Source: a virus
Taxonomy: Duplodnaviria; Caudoviricetes
Direction: 5' to 3' (one strand)
Length of the DNA stretch: 59,356 nucleotides
Virus record (IMG/VR): IMGVR_UViG_3300034073_001486
Span: 1-59,356 of that record
The notes beneath the pieces were generated by a model, which saw nothing but the letters and a program-made list of their open reading frames with translations, did not search any database and was not told the DNA's origin. Below are positions 46,601 through 56,494 of this stretch, one piece after another (position 1 is the first letter of the stretch; the number at the start of each line of letters is the position of its first letter). A program made the translations under genes and the position numbers.

Positions 46601-47388
46601 ACCGATGCTCCTATGTTTGTTCTAGGAACACGGAAGTCCCAAAGAGCGCCAGCGGATTCATCCAGCCGTCGCCCCGGCTGAACTCCAAGCCGCTGGGACT
46701 GCTGGCGAAACCGCAGCATTGCCTGCGCTCGTTCCGCCGGATCTTCAATCTGTGCAAACCACTGACGAGGAGTCAGCATGCGGGTGTATTCACGTGTGCC
46801 GACATCTGCCATCGGAAGGCCACGCCCGGCCCGCATCGCACCGCCAAAATCCGCTGCATCCTCGGCAAGATTGCGGAAGGCTCCGGAAGCCTCCATCGCC
46901 TTACCGACACGCGACAGTCCACCAGTTTTCCCGAGCAACGCCCATGGGGCGAAGTATGTCGTCGGGTCTAAAAGAACTTCGGCAGCGAGTCCGCCTGCGA
47001 AGTTGCCCCACCCGTCTTCATCTCCAATCACCCCGTACTGTCGGAGCAACTCTCTTCCGGTGACGCGCTCGTCGCTCGTATCCCACAATGCCGACAACGC
47101 CTTGCCGGGGCCCTCTGACAACAGGCCACGCACCATGGCCCCAGGCGTGTCCAAGACCCACCCGATGCCAGCGAGCCCGCTAGTGCCCATGTCGGCCAGC
47201 CGGCCAAGCATGGACCGCTGCTCCTCCTGCGGCATCAGGTCAGAGAGCGTGGCCTTGCGTGGACCCACCGGCACCATGCCGTACGGTTCGATCTCCTCTT
47301 CGTCGCCATACGGGAGTAGACCTGTCTCGGCCTGCTGTTGCAGGATGCCGTAGGGGTCGTATAGATCGAAGAGTGGGGAGAGGGCCAT
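43678..47388 (-). CDS. Large internal virion / ejection protein
   Basis: 1236 aa; last gene of the late cluster; LVPFYSF motif common in podovirus ejection proteins. Confidence 0.7.
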   Translation of the reverse strand: MALSPLFDLYDPYGILQQQAETGLLPYGDEEEIEPYGMVPVGPRKATLSDLMPQEEQRSMLGRLADMGTSGLAGIGWVLDTPGAMVRGLLSEGPGKALSALWDTSDERVTGRELLRQYGVIGDEDGWGNFAGGLAAEVLLDPTTYFAPWALLGKTGGLSRVGKAMEASGAFRNLAEDAADFGGAMRAGRGLPMADVGTREYTRMLTPRQWFAQIEDPAERAQAMLRFRQQSQRLGVQPGRRLDESAGALWDFRVPRTNIGASVSGGAAGDAAARFLDSAGRAMRYAPGIGQAVRGLDAIFDSRAGGLGTVSNDLELTGDVQLANRRARNTARELESDFLREMFEVEDSIRSLPPSAQLPAGQYGPAMPFPRMEDSRLMQAAADYIESQAVPPGGVGPMLPRSSGNQYYDQLFERVPEYSRLIETFDDIGLRSAADAVALGLPDPTWSSQAANTGWVARQLKRFQRDAPPEIPGGGPRQYNPYGMGERLLATGDNFGRSRRSYTDIPFPQRTARTLSGTAPDEFERLVSTGQAQNAVDSQALQQSLIRSPSDDATALLMERAFAAAGTPQPYQYIIDDVMNSPAFASATPAAQQQMLGAAQGQVRQNYLDYADLLRTADTQFAQTGTGLYDTNAWANMLRYGRGQARVQANAGELIEQLIRRADNTPAANVAGGVNIGLAQAAERLGFDPDNFQQMWQRRVGSDVTNFSVNERFLNALSTLAPQTRLDNVSRGLVRGVDNITNAFKVGALAYPGYTTRNIYGGVVNAIASDAFNPLDFLAAFRGARGNRAALGRRLRNTPGYANLASDEERARRLLQEAAAQKVGQSTVDDIQSGLPEQSAPSLVLGQGPEGAVRRAFYNQDRTWRDFLGDFFGLRGVGVFSNPLPENTNPLLVLNDIVNRTTEDTLRLQTFLNQVRRGIDPGVAGDVTRTVNVDYSPQAYSAIERDFLKRLVPFYSFQKGIVPSITTNLIRRPGGFQNQSIRAVTRGSEPSEDNFTPPYLRQSSAIPLPDEWGSGNPELRRYLTSIDLPWESFFNLLSPGTGSTTLAALGHTLRDTGSNLLGQTNPLLKAPLEYVTNRQLYSGRDLSDTYSVLERDLGDYGRPLEQAVMNVVPFGSRALGVYRTATDDRLTTQDKMAKLAFNLLAGAKIRDIDIERTRQQAARQMLNDMLQTTPGVRTYENITVPEDVLRQMPEEQRQMYLLYRVIQADAAKRARERKKQEAALDPLQVLGVVNQL

Positions 47389-47391
47389 AGG

Positions 47392-48813
47392 CTATACGGG
47401 CGGCACAAATCCCGGCGGCAGCGGAGCGGCCCCGCCGGCTGGTCGGCCAGCTCCTGCTGGGCCGTTGCCGGAAACGAATCGCCGCTTCTCAGCGAGCCTG
47501 TAGGCCGTGGCCTCTGCCTCCGCCTGCGGCATGTTATATGGAGGCTTTTGAAGTGCCGCCGCCAGAGACCGTTCGTTCTCGTAAGAGAATCCCGTCCAGG
47601 TTGTGTCGTACGATTCGGCAAGGCGATCAAGTTCTGCCTGCGCCTCGGGAGTGTCGTACTTGCCAGAAGAAACATCGCTTGCTCCGGCAGCAGCCGGGTC
47701 GGCCTTGCGCTTGGCGGCTTCTGCGGCTGCGGCAGCAGCAGGATTCGCAGCCGCCGCTCCAACAATGGCATTGCCGGCGAGCCTTGCCGCCATGTCCAAG
47801 TTCCGTGCATCAACCTGGGCCGCCAATTCGCCGCCGGGAGCCATGTATTGCAGCGAGCGCTGACGCTGCTCTGGCGTCATGCCATTCAGCATGGTTTCAA
47901 GCTGGATGGCCTGCGGAGACAGACGGCCACCGCCAAGCTGGATCTGGGCCTGGAACCGCTTCATGCGATCCGCAACGGATGGCAGGTTCTGTGCGCTGTA
48001 CGGGTTGCGTGCCGCCTGTCGCTCGGACGCTTTCTGCTGAACGGCCGCTGCCCTTGCTCGCGTCTCGTCGGTCGGCACCAGCACCTGCATTCCGCCAGTC
48101 GGACCCTCCATGCTCTCGCGTCGATATGGACCAGGAGACCCGTCTGGGCGTGGCCCGGTTAGATCCTGGCGAGTGCCAGCCCTGCCCGGCGCGCCAGGAA
48201 CCATGGATCCATCAACGGCTTCTAGGCGATAAGTCACGCGGCCGTCCGGCGTGTAAACTGGCACAAACCCCCTGGCCTGCATGTCCAGGTCGCGCTGCGA
48301 TGGCGCATAAAGCCCAGGCATGCCGGGCGCCGCTTGACGCTCGTCGTAGGCCCGCCCTTCTTCGACGCTCGCAAAAGGAGCCCCCATCGGAGCGTTGCCG
48401 CTCAGGTCTCTGGGGCCGGGCACCCGCCGCTGGCCATATCCGCCTTGGCTCAAGTCTTGCTGAAGCTGCTGGGCCTCGCGCTCCGCACGCATCTTCTCTT
48501 GCAAGTCAGCCTGCTTGCGGGCCTCGTCCTCGCTGTAGCCTTGGCTGTACAGATCAGCCTCCATGGCGTCACGCGGTGAGACTGGAGCTGGGGGAACGGG
48601 GGCGGCAGGAGCGGCGACCTGTTGGCCAGTAGCCACGGGGTAGTCAGCCATGTAGCGGTCTGCTTCTTGCGCGGCCGTCTGCGCGTCCATGCCCTTGCTC
48701 ATAAACATCTCAATGAGCTGCTGCCGGCGGGCGGCAAGCTCTTTGGATGGCTTGGGCTTCAGCGAAGGATCAACATTGATCTGGGACGAAGCAAGCGGAT
48801 CAAACGATGCCAT
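47392..48813 (-). CDS. Probable internal virion protein
   Basis: 473 aa, Ala/Gln/Pro-rich; position. Confidence 0.65.
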   Translation of the reverse strand: MASFDPLASSQINVDPSLKPKPSKELAARRQQLIEMFMSKGMDAQTAAQEADRYMADYPVATGQQVAAPAAPVPPAPVSPRDAMEADLYSQGYSEDEARKQADLQEKMRAEREAQQLQQDLSQGGYGQRRVPGPRDLSGNAPMGAPFASVEEGRAYDERQAAPGMPGLYAPSQRDLDMQARGFVPVYTPDGRVTYRLEAVDGSMVPGAPGRAGTRQDLTGPRPDGSPGPYRRESMEGPTGGMQVLVPTDETRARAAAVQQKASERQAARNPYSAQNLPSVADRMKRFQAQIQLGGGRLSPQAIQLETMLNGMTPEQRQRSLQYMAPGGELAAQVDARNLDMAARLAGNAIVGAAAANPAAAAAAEAAKRKADPAAAGASDVSSGKYDTPEAQAELDRLAESYDTTWTGFSYENERSLAAALQKPPYNMPQAEAEATAYRLAEKRRFVSGNGPAGAGRPAGGAAPLPPGFVPPV

Positions 48814-48815
48814 TG

Positions 48816-49841
48816 TCAGTTCCTAACGTACTTGGGTGGCCAGCGACCCTCGCGGACGGCTGCCTCGCGGCGAGCCTCGCGTGCCATGTAGCGATCCTTA
48901 AAGAGGTCGACGAACGCCTGCTCCTCTGAGGGCAGCGTGCTGACATCGGGCGGCGGCGACATTTCTGCGGCAAGCGCGGCAAGGTCGCCGGACTGCATGT
49001 CCACCGAGTCGTCCGGATTGAGCGGCATGTCTGGCTCCTCGCCAGCCTGCACGCGGGGAGACGCCAACCCATCGTCACGCATGAACTCTTGCCCGATCCG
49101 CTCGCCAACCAAGAGGCCCCCGCCACCGGCTACACCGCCAGCCAGTGCGATGTTCGTTAAGTCGGCCATGCTCATCGGGCGTGGAGGAGGGACGGTGATC
49201 AAATCCCGGGGCCCGCCCATCGTCGGGTGCGGGATGATGTCGGTTGGGCCGATGCCACGGCCCCTTGTCCATGCTGTCGTCCCCAAGCGAGGAGTGGTTG
49301 GGCGGGGCTCAGGCCGGGGAGGGATGCCCAGCTCCATGCGGCTGGTCGACGGCGGAGCAAACTGAAGGATGCCTGGGCCGGACGGCTCACCAACAGGAAC
49401 GCCGCTGCCGCTTGGGCCACCCACGGCCACACCTGGCCCCCGAGAACCGAACGGGATGAGCGCCCGAATGGCTTCCACCGGATCGTCGCTCAGGGGCAGC
49501 TCCATCTGCCGCGTCTGGATGTAGTCATCCATCTGCTTGTCAGTGGTGGCCGCAAACTCCATCGGGTTGCCGACTCCATCGTCAGGGGCGATGTTCGCAA
49601 ACGGGTCAGGCTGGGCAGGGGCCTTCAGTCGGCCACCTGAGCCAACAATCATCTGGTACGCCTCAAAGATCGCCTCGGGGTCACGCTGCTGGAGCCGGGC
49701 GGCAAGCTGCGGATCGATCTGTGAGAGGGCAGGGAGGTTGCCTTCGATGACTCGGGCGATGCGTGGATCGCCAGCCAGACGTTGCCCAAACGTGAGCGGC
49801 CCGTCGCCGGCCGCATCCAAGATGCCCTTCAGATTCGCCAT
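48816..49841 (-). CDS. Probable internal virion protein
   Basis: 341 aa with a Gly-rich hydrophobic segment; TAATG coupling. Confidence 0.65.
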   Translation of the reverse strand: MANLKGILDAAGDGPLTFGQRLAGDPRIARVIEGNLPALSQIDPQLAARLQQRDPEAIFEAYQMIVGSGGRLKAPAQPDPFANIAPDDGVGNPMEFAATTDKQMDDYIQTRQMELPLSDDPVEAIRALIPFGSRGPGVAVGGPSGSGVPVGEPSGPGILQFAPPSTSRMELGIPPRPEPRPTTPRLGTTAWTRGRGIGPTDIIPHPTMGGPRDLITVPPPRPMSMADLTNIALAGGVAGGGGLLVGERIGQEFMRDDGLASPRVQAGEEPDMPLNPDDSVDMQSGDLAALAAEMSPPPDVSTLPSEEQAFVDLFKDRYMAREARREAAVREGRWPPKYVRN

Positions 49842-50098
49842 TACTTACGCCCCTTCTTCTTGGGGACATCGGGAAGCTCATCGTCCCCTTCGTAGGGCAT
49901 GTCGTCGTCGGTCACCTCAGGCGTGTTTGGTTTCCCTCTCTTCTCTTCGACGAGGTCGGCGAGGTCGTTCTTGGATGCCCGCTGGTTGAGCTTGTCCAGG
50001 ATCTTCTTCTCCTCGCCTTCATTGGCGACAAGCAACTGCTTCACCATTCGCCGTAGAGCGGAGTTCGTCAGATCGTCCAAGTCAAAATCGATTCGCAT
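49841..50098 (-). CDS. Small charged hypothetical protein
   Basis: 85-aa ORF in the operon. Confidence 0.65.
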   Translation of the reverse strand: MRIDFDLDDLTNSALRRMVKQLLVANEGEEKKILDKLNQRASKNDLADLVEEKRGKPNTPEVTDDDMPYEGDDELPDVPKKKGRK

Positions 50099-50102
50099 GG
50101 GA

Positions 50103-50492
50103 TTACCCTAGAAGACCCCCGAGAAGGTTCATGAAAGCGCCCTGCCGCTGAAGTGCGGCCATCTGGTTGGCGTAGTTGTTCTGTTGCTGCAATGCACCCA
50201 AGTTCTGGCCGTACTGTTCCTGCTGCTGCTGGGCCTGAAGGTTGGCCTGCGAGCGAGACTGCTGATCTTGGAGTTGCGAGTTGTAGGCGTCGGCAATGCC
50301 ATCGGCCATCTTCTGCGCCGAGTCGATGCCAGCCTGATTCCACTGAGCCTTTCCCCGCGACAGCCCGCCACGGTCATACTGCTTGGCGTTCATCCGGGGG
50401 TCGCCCATCGCCATGGCGTTGGCCATCTGCACGCTGGAAAGCTTGGCCGGGTCCAGCTTGAGCAGCGGCTGTTGAAGGTTGACTTGGTTCAA
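50103..50492 (-). CDS. Gln-rich probable ejection protein
   Basis: Ends in NLLGGLLG, like its neighbour. Confidence 0.65.
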   Translation of the reverse strand: MNQVNLQQPLLKLDPAKLSSVQMANAMAMGDPRMNAKQYDRGGLSRGKAQWNQAGIDSAQKMADGIADAYNSQLQDQQSRSQANLQAQQQQEQYGQNLGALQQQNNYANQMAALQRQGAFMNLLGGLLG

Positions 50493-50833
50493 CTGAAGAG
50501 CCCTCCGAGCAGGCTGTTGGCAAAGCCGGTCATCTGGCTCAGGCGGCTATTGGAAAGATCCTGCTGCTGCTGCTGGGCCTGGGCCATCTGTTGCAACCCT
50601 GCCAGCGCCAGTCCCTGCTGGGCTGCCCGCTGCTGGGCTGCATACTGGTTATTCACGTCCTCGGCCGAGCGTCGGTACGCATCGGCGTTCATGGAGCCGA
50701 CATAGTTCAGAACGTCCTGGTGGTTCTGGCCGAACTGCTTGTACGGCGAGCGAGGCTTCATCGCCTCCATGCCCTGACGGATGTCAGAGACGGGCTGCTC
50801 AAACGGGAGTTGCGTGTTGTAGGTAAGCATCAA
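50489..50833 (-). CDS. Gln-rich probable ejection protein
   Basis: Ends in SLLGGLFS. Confidence 0.65.
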   Translation of the reverse strand: MMLTYNTQLPFEQPVSDIRQGMEAMKPRSPYKQFGQNHQDVLNYVGSMNADAYRRSAEDVNNQYAAQQRAAQQGLALAGLQQMAQAQQQQQDLSNSRLSQMTGFANSLLGGLFS

Positions 50834-52533
50834 GCCCGCCTCCCCATCGGGTCACGCCATCCGCCTGTGGCTCCGTGCCATGTATATCCAGCGGCCAAAA
50901 GGCGACGATATTCTTCGGCCTGCCGCGCTGCGGCAGCTCGTCTTGGAGCTTCGTCTTCGTTTCGATACTGCCGCCGCAGCATCTCGGCCTCACGTTCCTT
51001 GCGAGCCGTCTCGGCCGGGGAGTCAAACAATCCGCTAGAGCCGAACGTGTCGTCCCACAATCCGCCCACGGCCGAGGTGGCGTCGTCGTAGCCGCGGCGG
51101 ATCTGATCGACCGTGGAGCCGACGTTCTCATTGGCGGTATTGAAGCCCGACCCGATGGAATCGGCCACGCCTTGCAGGCCCCCCATGGTGGTTCCAAACC
51201 CGCGATTGACACCAGACATGGCGCGGCTGATGGTGCCGGAGGTGTCTCCATACGCACCGCCAAGCGCGCCCATGCCGGCCACCAGCGGCGACAGGGCTGT
51301 GCCGAGCTGGTCGGTGGAGTTGTTCATCGACTCCCGGAGGACGTTCATCGGCTCGGCCATGTTGGCCGCCAAGTCAGCGCGAGAGGCATTGAGGTTGTTG
51401 GCCGTGGTGTTGAAGGCCGACTGGAGAGACGAGGTCGCGCCGCCATAGTCGGATGGAACTAACGCGGCGTAGCCGTCCGACCCCAGCGTCCGCAGGCCGG
51501 ACAGGATGCCAGAGAGCGAATCCATCGGAGCGGTGCGGGACGAGTAGTGCTGGGCGTCCAGCCGGTTCAACGCATCGCTGTATCCTGAGCCAAGGGCAGC
51601 CAAAATGTCGCCGCTCATCAGGTCGCCACGGACGGCGTCCATGCCGGCGGTGTCGAACGCCCCTGAGCCGCCTCCGGCCGCGCCGCCCGAGAACGAGCCG
51701 GAAGCAACGGGTCCGCTAGTGCCTGTGGCATTAAAACCACCGCCACTAGCAACGGCAGGCGCAATGGAGCCAGCAGCGCCAGCCGCAGCGTAGCCTCGCC
51801 CAAGCCCAGACAAGGCATTGTTGCGAGAGGCACCGTAGCCAGACACGGCGCCTTGGTTGGAGGACGCCATGTCGGACAGCGACTTCTGGTAAGCCGACTG
51901 ATTTTGCGCCCATGCAGCGAGAGCGGAGTTGGCTGCTGACCCATACGCGCCCAGTGCTGCCGAGCCGATGTTTGCGGCTCCAGCCATACGGGCGGCGTCG
52001 GCCATTGCCTGCGCCTGCGCAACACCCGAAACCCCCTGGCCAAGCCCACCCATGGCATTCGCCTGAGCATTGCCGAGGGCCGCGTTGGCGTTGGCGTAGG
52101 AGTCGTACATGCCAGCGGCCGACGACCCGGCAGCCGACTGGGCCTGATTGTAGGAGTCGTACATCCCAGCCATGGGAGCAGCCATGCCGGCCATCCCTTG
52201 TCCGTACGCCCCGAGCGCCGCGGCTGCCGAGTTGCCCAGGCCAGCCAATGCCCCGCTCTGGGAGCGGTAGGCATCGGCCATATTGGTGCCGGTGCCCTGC
52301 ATGCCTTGGGTGAAGATGCCGTAGTTCTGCGTGTACTGATCGCCGGCGCGATTCATGCCGCCGGTGAAGTCGCGGAACATCCCGCCGTACGTGCCCGCAA
52401 ACTGGCCGGGCGCGCCGTAGATGCCTTGGAGGATCGGGCCGAGAGCCCCCATGGCCGCCGTGCCGTATTCGTTTGATGTGTTGCCGCCCCACGGAGCAGT
52501 GAATGGCCGCACGTCTGGAAGTTTAAAGCTCAT
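50830..52533 (-). CDS. Gly/Ala-rich DNA ejection (pilot-like) protein
   Basis: 567-aa G/A/S-rich helical protein. Confidence 0.65.
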   Translation of the reverse strand: MSFKLPDVRPFTAPWGGNTSNEYGTAAMGALGPILQGIYGAPGQFAGTYGGMFRDFTGGMNRAGDQYTQNYGIFTQGMQGTGTNMADAYRSQSGALAGLGNSAAAALGAYGQGMAGMAAPMAGMYDSYNQAQSAAGSSAAGMYDSYANANAALGNAQANAMGGLGQGVSGVAQAQAMADAARMAGAANIGSAALGAYGSAANSALAAWAQNQSAYQKSLSDMASSNQGAVSGYGASRNNALSGLGRGYAAAGAAGSIAPAVASGGGFNATGTSGPVASGSFSGGAAGGGSGAFDTAGMDAVRGDLMSGDILAALGSGYSDALNRLDAQHYSSRTAPMDSLSGILSGLRTLGSDGYAALVPSDYGGATSSLQSAFNTTANNLNASRADLAANMAEPMNVLRESMNNSTDQLGTALSPLVAGMGALGGAYGDTSGTISRAMSGVNRGFGTTMGGLQGVADSIGSGFNTANENVGSTVDQIRRGYDDATSAVGGLWDDTFGSSGLFDSPAETARKEREAEMLRRQYRNEDEAPRRAAAARQAEEYRRLLAAGYTWHGATGGWRDPMGRRA

Positions 52534-52560
52534 GAAATCTCCCTATGGAGCTAATGTCCG

Positions 52561-53631
52561 TTAGGCCGGCACGGCCACACGGGCCTCTTGCCTGACAACG
52601 CCCTCCAAGGCAGCGCCTACGACCACGTCCTTCGTCTCAATGGCTGCCGACGTGGTAGTGGCAGTCACCGGAGTAATGGTCACCCCGGTAACAAATGTAA
52701 TGTCCACAATGCCGCCAGCAGTGATCGCACACGTCTCGGGGTCAAGGGTAAAGGTGGTCGGAATGCCAACAGTGTCCGTGGTGTACGAGATTTCACCGCC
52801 GGCCACTGACACCTCTGCCACTCCCGCCGTGGCGTATGTGATTCCGTCACGCACAACATTGACGCGCGGGTTGGCTCCCGAGAGATACGACAAGTTCCTG
52901 GCGACTACCCTGGCGTCCCTGCCGTCGCGGCCGTTTCGGCCAGGAATTCCTGGAAGCCCTGGCCATCCATTGAGGCCGTTCATGCCGTTCCTTCCAGGAA
53001 AGCCGTCGCGTCCGTTCTGGCCAGCGACGCCCGGAGCCCCTGGCGCACCACGGGCACCGGCTCCCCCCGGCGCGCCAGGCGGGCCCGCTGCTCCTGCCTG
53101 TCCGTCGCGGCCATCGCCGCCAGCTTGTCCCGGCAATCCGTTCAGTCCGTTAATGCCGTCGATGCCGGCCAAGCCGTCGCGCCCATCCCTGCCGTCGACT
53201 CCATCCGTGCCGGACGGACCAAGAAAGTACAGCTCGCGAGTGAACAATCGCTCGGTGATGGTTTCGCCGCCGAGATTGTTGCCGTTGCCGGTGCTGAAGT
53301 TGTTGACGACAAAGTTTTGGGTAGTCGGGAAGTAGAAGTTGTCGCCGCCGTAGTTGTAGGAGTTCCATTCGCTACTGTAGTCCGGCATGTCATAGAACGA
53401 TCGTTCGTCAAAAATGATGAGATCGCCGTACTCGTTGATGTTCCAGCCGTTGTTGTTGTAGACGCCGCGTCCGCCGGACTGTTGCTGTTGAGCTGGCTGA
53501 AGGTTGACGCCTCCTCGGTGCGTCAGCGGCTGGTTGCAGTTCCCCAGCGCTTGCGTAAGCTGCTTAATCGCCCCCGTTGGCAGCACCCCTCGCAGAGCAT
53601 TGATGACGGCCGGCGTCGACTGCGTCAACAT
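52561..53631 (-). CDS. Collagen-like tail protein
   Basis: 34 consecutive G-X-Y triplets encoded at 52915-53220. Confidence 0.8.
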   Translation of the reverse strand: MLTQSTPAVINALRGVLPTGAIKQLTQALGNCNQPLTHRGGVNLQPAQQQQSGGRGVYNNNGWNINEYGDLIIFDERSFYDMPDYSSEWNSYNYGGDNFYFPTTQNFVVNNFSTGNGNNLGGETITERLFTRELYFLGPSGTDGVDGRDGRDGLAGIDGINGLNGLPGQAGGDGRDGQAGAAGPPGAPGGAGARGAPGAPGVAGQNGRDGFPGRNGMNGLNGWPGLPGIPGRNGRDGRDARVVARNLSYLSGANPRVNVVRDGITYATAGVAEVSVAGGEISYTTDTVGIPTTFTLDPETCAITAGGIVDITFVTGVTITPVTATTTSAAIETKDVVVGAALEGVVRQEARVAVPA

Positions 53632-56231
53632 TACTCAGCGCCCTCCATGCCAATCCGATGGATAATCACGGCATCCGAGGCTTGCTCGCCCCCAAACGCC
53701 ACGGCGACATGCCGGTCGCCCCCAGATGAACGCGGGTCTAGGTGCCCCGAGTAGTAGGCGGCCGCGTACCCGTTGGCATCACCAAGAGACGACCGAGTCC
53801 GCTTCATGTTTAATGTGGCCTCTGTCGACCCTGCTATGGTCACAAAGCCTGACCCGCGATCCGTTGCGATGGCGTTTGCCCGGGGCGCCGCTGCGTTGTT
53901 GTAGTGCAAACGCACCCCAAGGTTGGCGTCCTGCTCTGTAGGCTGATAGACGACCGCCAGCGAACGGCTGCCGTCCTTGTCCGTGATGGAGAAGTTGCCG
54001 GAACGGAACTGGTACTGGACCGGCGTGCCGCCGTCTGACAGCCCCGTAAACTTCACAAACCCGCCGCCGCTTGTGCCATGGAGGTTCTGCATCCTAGTGC
54101 CAACCATCGCTTGGCATGCGGCCGTGACTGGCTCTGCGTAGCTCTCTTCCCACCACGCCTTTGTAGCAACGCAGTAGCACATCGCCCGCGACGGCTTGGC
54201 GTCAGACGACTGGCAATAGAAGAACCTTACGGTCCTGGTCGACATGTCGGCCGTGACGTGGAATTGGTCGGCCTTGGAGAAGTCGATGACGCCATCGCGC
54301 CAGAGGTTGTCGACCGGGGCCGACACAGCTTCCTCTGACGAGCCGTCGTAGGCGTACATACCATGCGTGTCGACCAAGAACGCTACGCCGCCCATTACGG
54401 CCCAGCAGCGGCTGTTGAGGACGCCGCGATACGCCCCAAGGACGATGGAAGCGTCGATCACCGGCTGGGCCACGTAATTGAGCTTATAGGTGTGCGACTG
54501 CTGCACCACCAGCAGCTCGGATGCCAGAGGAACCAAAGCGACGATTTTGTCTGGGGTGCCCGTGTTCTCTTGTACCACCAGCTCGTTGGACTCCGGCACG
54601 CTTTCCGGCTCGTCGATTTCGGAGTACATCAGGCTGTTGCGGCGTTCCCCCGAGGTGTCGACGGCATACCACGCCCGGTCTTGGAACATCACCGCCACGG
54701 CAAACTCTGGCGGCGGCGGTGCAAATCGCCGGGCGTTGATCTGACCGCTTGGCAGGGTAATGGGCATCAAGCCGTAGCCGCCCCGAGTTGCGTCCTTTAG
54801 CTCGTCGTCGCCTAGCGTATCGGTGTAGCTGCCCGTGAACGCCTCGTCCGTCCGCTGGATAGTCGCCACGCGGAACAGGATCACGTCCTGATTCGCAGTG
54901 GTTCTCCATAGCTCCATGGCAGACACGCGGTCATCCAGGCCGTGGTGTGCGAAAGACCACGCGATGCCGCCAGAGGCGTCGCCGGCGTCGACCTCAACCA
55001 GCTCCGAGATCGACGACGGGATAGGCTCACCGGCTGTGTCATCTATGTACCGGATGCAACACTTGTATGTCCCGCGAAGCCGCTGACCCATGGTGGCCAT
55101 GGCCTGAGCAGTTGTGTCCAGGATGATGGCAGATGGCCGGTCCTGATACTCGCCCCCGGCAAAGACAGCCACGGCCGCGACAGCCCCAGAGCCGTCAACC
55201 GATGCCGTGACGCCGGCGCCTGATCCGGTGGCGTCGGACACGGCAGGCGCGATGGTGATGATGGGCGGAACCATGTACCCGGTTCCGCCGGACGTGACCG
55301 TCACGGACGCCACGGAGTACAGCATGTCCACAGACAGGGAGGCCCCAGTGCCACCTCCGCCAACAATCGACGCCGTGACTCCGGCGGTTGTGGCGCCCGT
55401 CCCTGCGGCCAGAATCTGGATCGAACTAATGCGGCCAAGCGTGTCGACGCTGGCAACGGCGTTGGCGCCAGTCAGGCCCTGCGCCGTGGAGAAGACAACC
55501 GATGGAGATGTCGTTGCACTGGATGTGTACCCAGCGCCGCCGGCAGCGATAGCGACGGACTCTACTCTTCCGGAAATGCCTACCGAGAAGGACGCACCCG
55601 AAGCGATGCCTCCAGCGATGGAAACGCTCGGTGTAGCCTGATACCCAGAGCCGGGGTCTGTGATGCGAATCCGCGACACTCGGCCGTCCGAGATGTTGGC
55701 GACCGCTGTTGCAGGGGTGGTCGGCGTCCCCCCAGAAAACGCCACGGTCGGCACGTTGTTGTACCCGGCGCCGCCGTTAACGATCTGGACGCTTTTCACA
55801 AACCCAGAAGCCCCAGTAGTAAAGGCTGCGCATGTCGGCCCCCGGGCTGGCTTGTTGATGCCAATCGCCTCCACGGTCGCAGAGTCTCCATCCCACCGAA
55901 TCCCGCGCCCCATGCCGTCCACGCCGTACACGTCGTTGTAGCGACCCTTAAAGAACGTCATCGGCCGGGGCGGCCCTGTGTGGGCGTAGGCCGTAGCGGC
56001 TGCGCCCGTGCCGCCGCCGCCGGCAAACGAGACTGTGGCAGCGCCCGTAAAACCGCTCCCACCAGAGGCAACAACGACCGTCTCAACTTGGCCGCCCGAC
56101 AAGTGGGCGTAGGCTGTGACGCCAGTGCCGCCCGCAACGATCACCGTGGGCGGCGAGGTGTATCCGGTGCCTCCCGTTGTGACGGTGATCTTAGTCAGTC
56201 GTCCAGTGTTGCGGCTGCCGATCTGGCTCAT
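53631..56231 (-). CDS. Tail nozzle / stabilisation protein with inserted Gly-rich repeats
   Basis: Repeated GGxGY...PxV units, then beta-propeller-like FQDRAWY, LMYSEIDEPE. Confidence 0.7.
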   Translation of the reverse strand: MSQIGSRNTGRLTKITVTTGGTGYTSPPTVIVAGGTGVTAYAHLSGGQVETVVVASGGSGFTGAATVSFAGGGGTGAAATAYAHTGPPRPMTFFKGRYNDVYGVDGMGRGIRWDGDSATVEAIGINKPARGPTCAAFTTGASGFVKSVQIVNGGAGYNNVPTVAFSGGTPTTPATAVANISDGRVSRIRITDPGSGYQATPSVSIAGGIASGASFSVGISGRVESVAIAAGGAGYTSSATTSPSVVFSTAQGLTGANAVASVDTLGRISSIQILAAGTGATTAGVTASIVGGGGTGASLSVDMLYSVASVTVTSGGTGYMVPPIITIAPAVSDATGSGAGVTASVDGSGAVAAVAVFAGGEYQDRPSAIILDTTAQAMATMGQRLRGTYKCCIRYIDDTAGEPIPSSISELVEVDAGDASGGIAWSFAHHGLDDRVSAMELWRTTANQDVILFRVATIQRTDEAFTGSYTDTLGDDELKDATRGGYGLMPITLPSGQINARRFAPPPPEFAVAVMFQDRAWYAVDTSGERRNSLMYSEIDEPESVPESNELVVQENTGTPDKIVALVPLASELLVVQQSHTYKLNYVAQPVIDASIVLGAYRGVLNSRCWAVMGGVAFLVDTHGMYAYDGSSEEAVSAPVDNLWRDGVIDFSKADQFHVTADMSTRTVRFFYCQSSDAKPSRAMCYCVATKAWWEESYAEPVTAACQAMVGTRMQNLHGTSGGGFVKFTGLSDGGTPVQYQFRSGNFSITDKDGSRSLAVVYQPTEQDANLGVRLHYNNAAAPRANAIATDRGSGFVTIAGSTEATLNMKRTRSSLGDANGYAAAYYSGHLDPRSSGGDRHVAVAFGGEQASDAVIIHRIGMEGAE

Positions 56232-56494
56232 GCTGGGCTCCGGCCGACTCTAATGGCCCCATCATCGCCCTGGTACACAATGCGGTCGGCGTCGCGCGGA
56301 TAGCGAAACATTCGGACTACGGGAGCGGTGGAGCCGGTATGCGACGCGAGCGTGACAGGCACCGCGCCAGGCCGGACGTTAAGCTTGCCTGGGGAAATGC
56401 ACTGAAGATTGACCTGCGTCACCGCCGCTCCTGGGGGCAGCGAGTACGGCGAAGCGTTCGTTGCCAAGCCGGCCCACTTCTCAATGCTGATCAC
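56228..56494 (-). CDS. Probable detached N-terminal segment of the nozzle protein
   Basis: WAGL...P..LP......N......G.L..RPG resembles nozzle N-termini; ATGA coupling. Confidence 0.5.
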   Translation of the reverse strand: MISIEKWAGLATNASPYSLPPGAAVTQVNLQCISPGKLNVRPGAVPVTLASHTGSTAPVVRMFRYPRDADRIVYQGDDGAIRVGRSPA

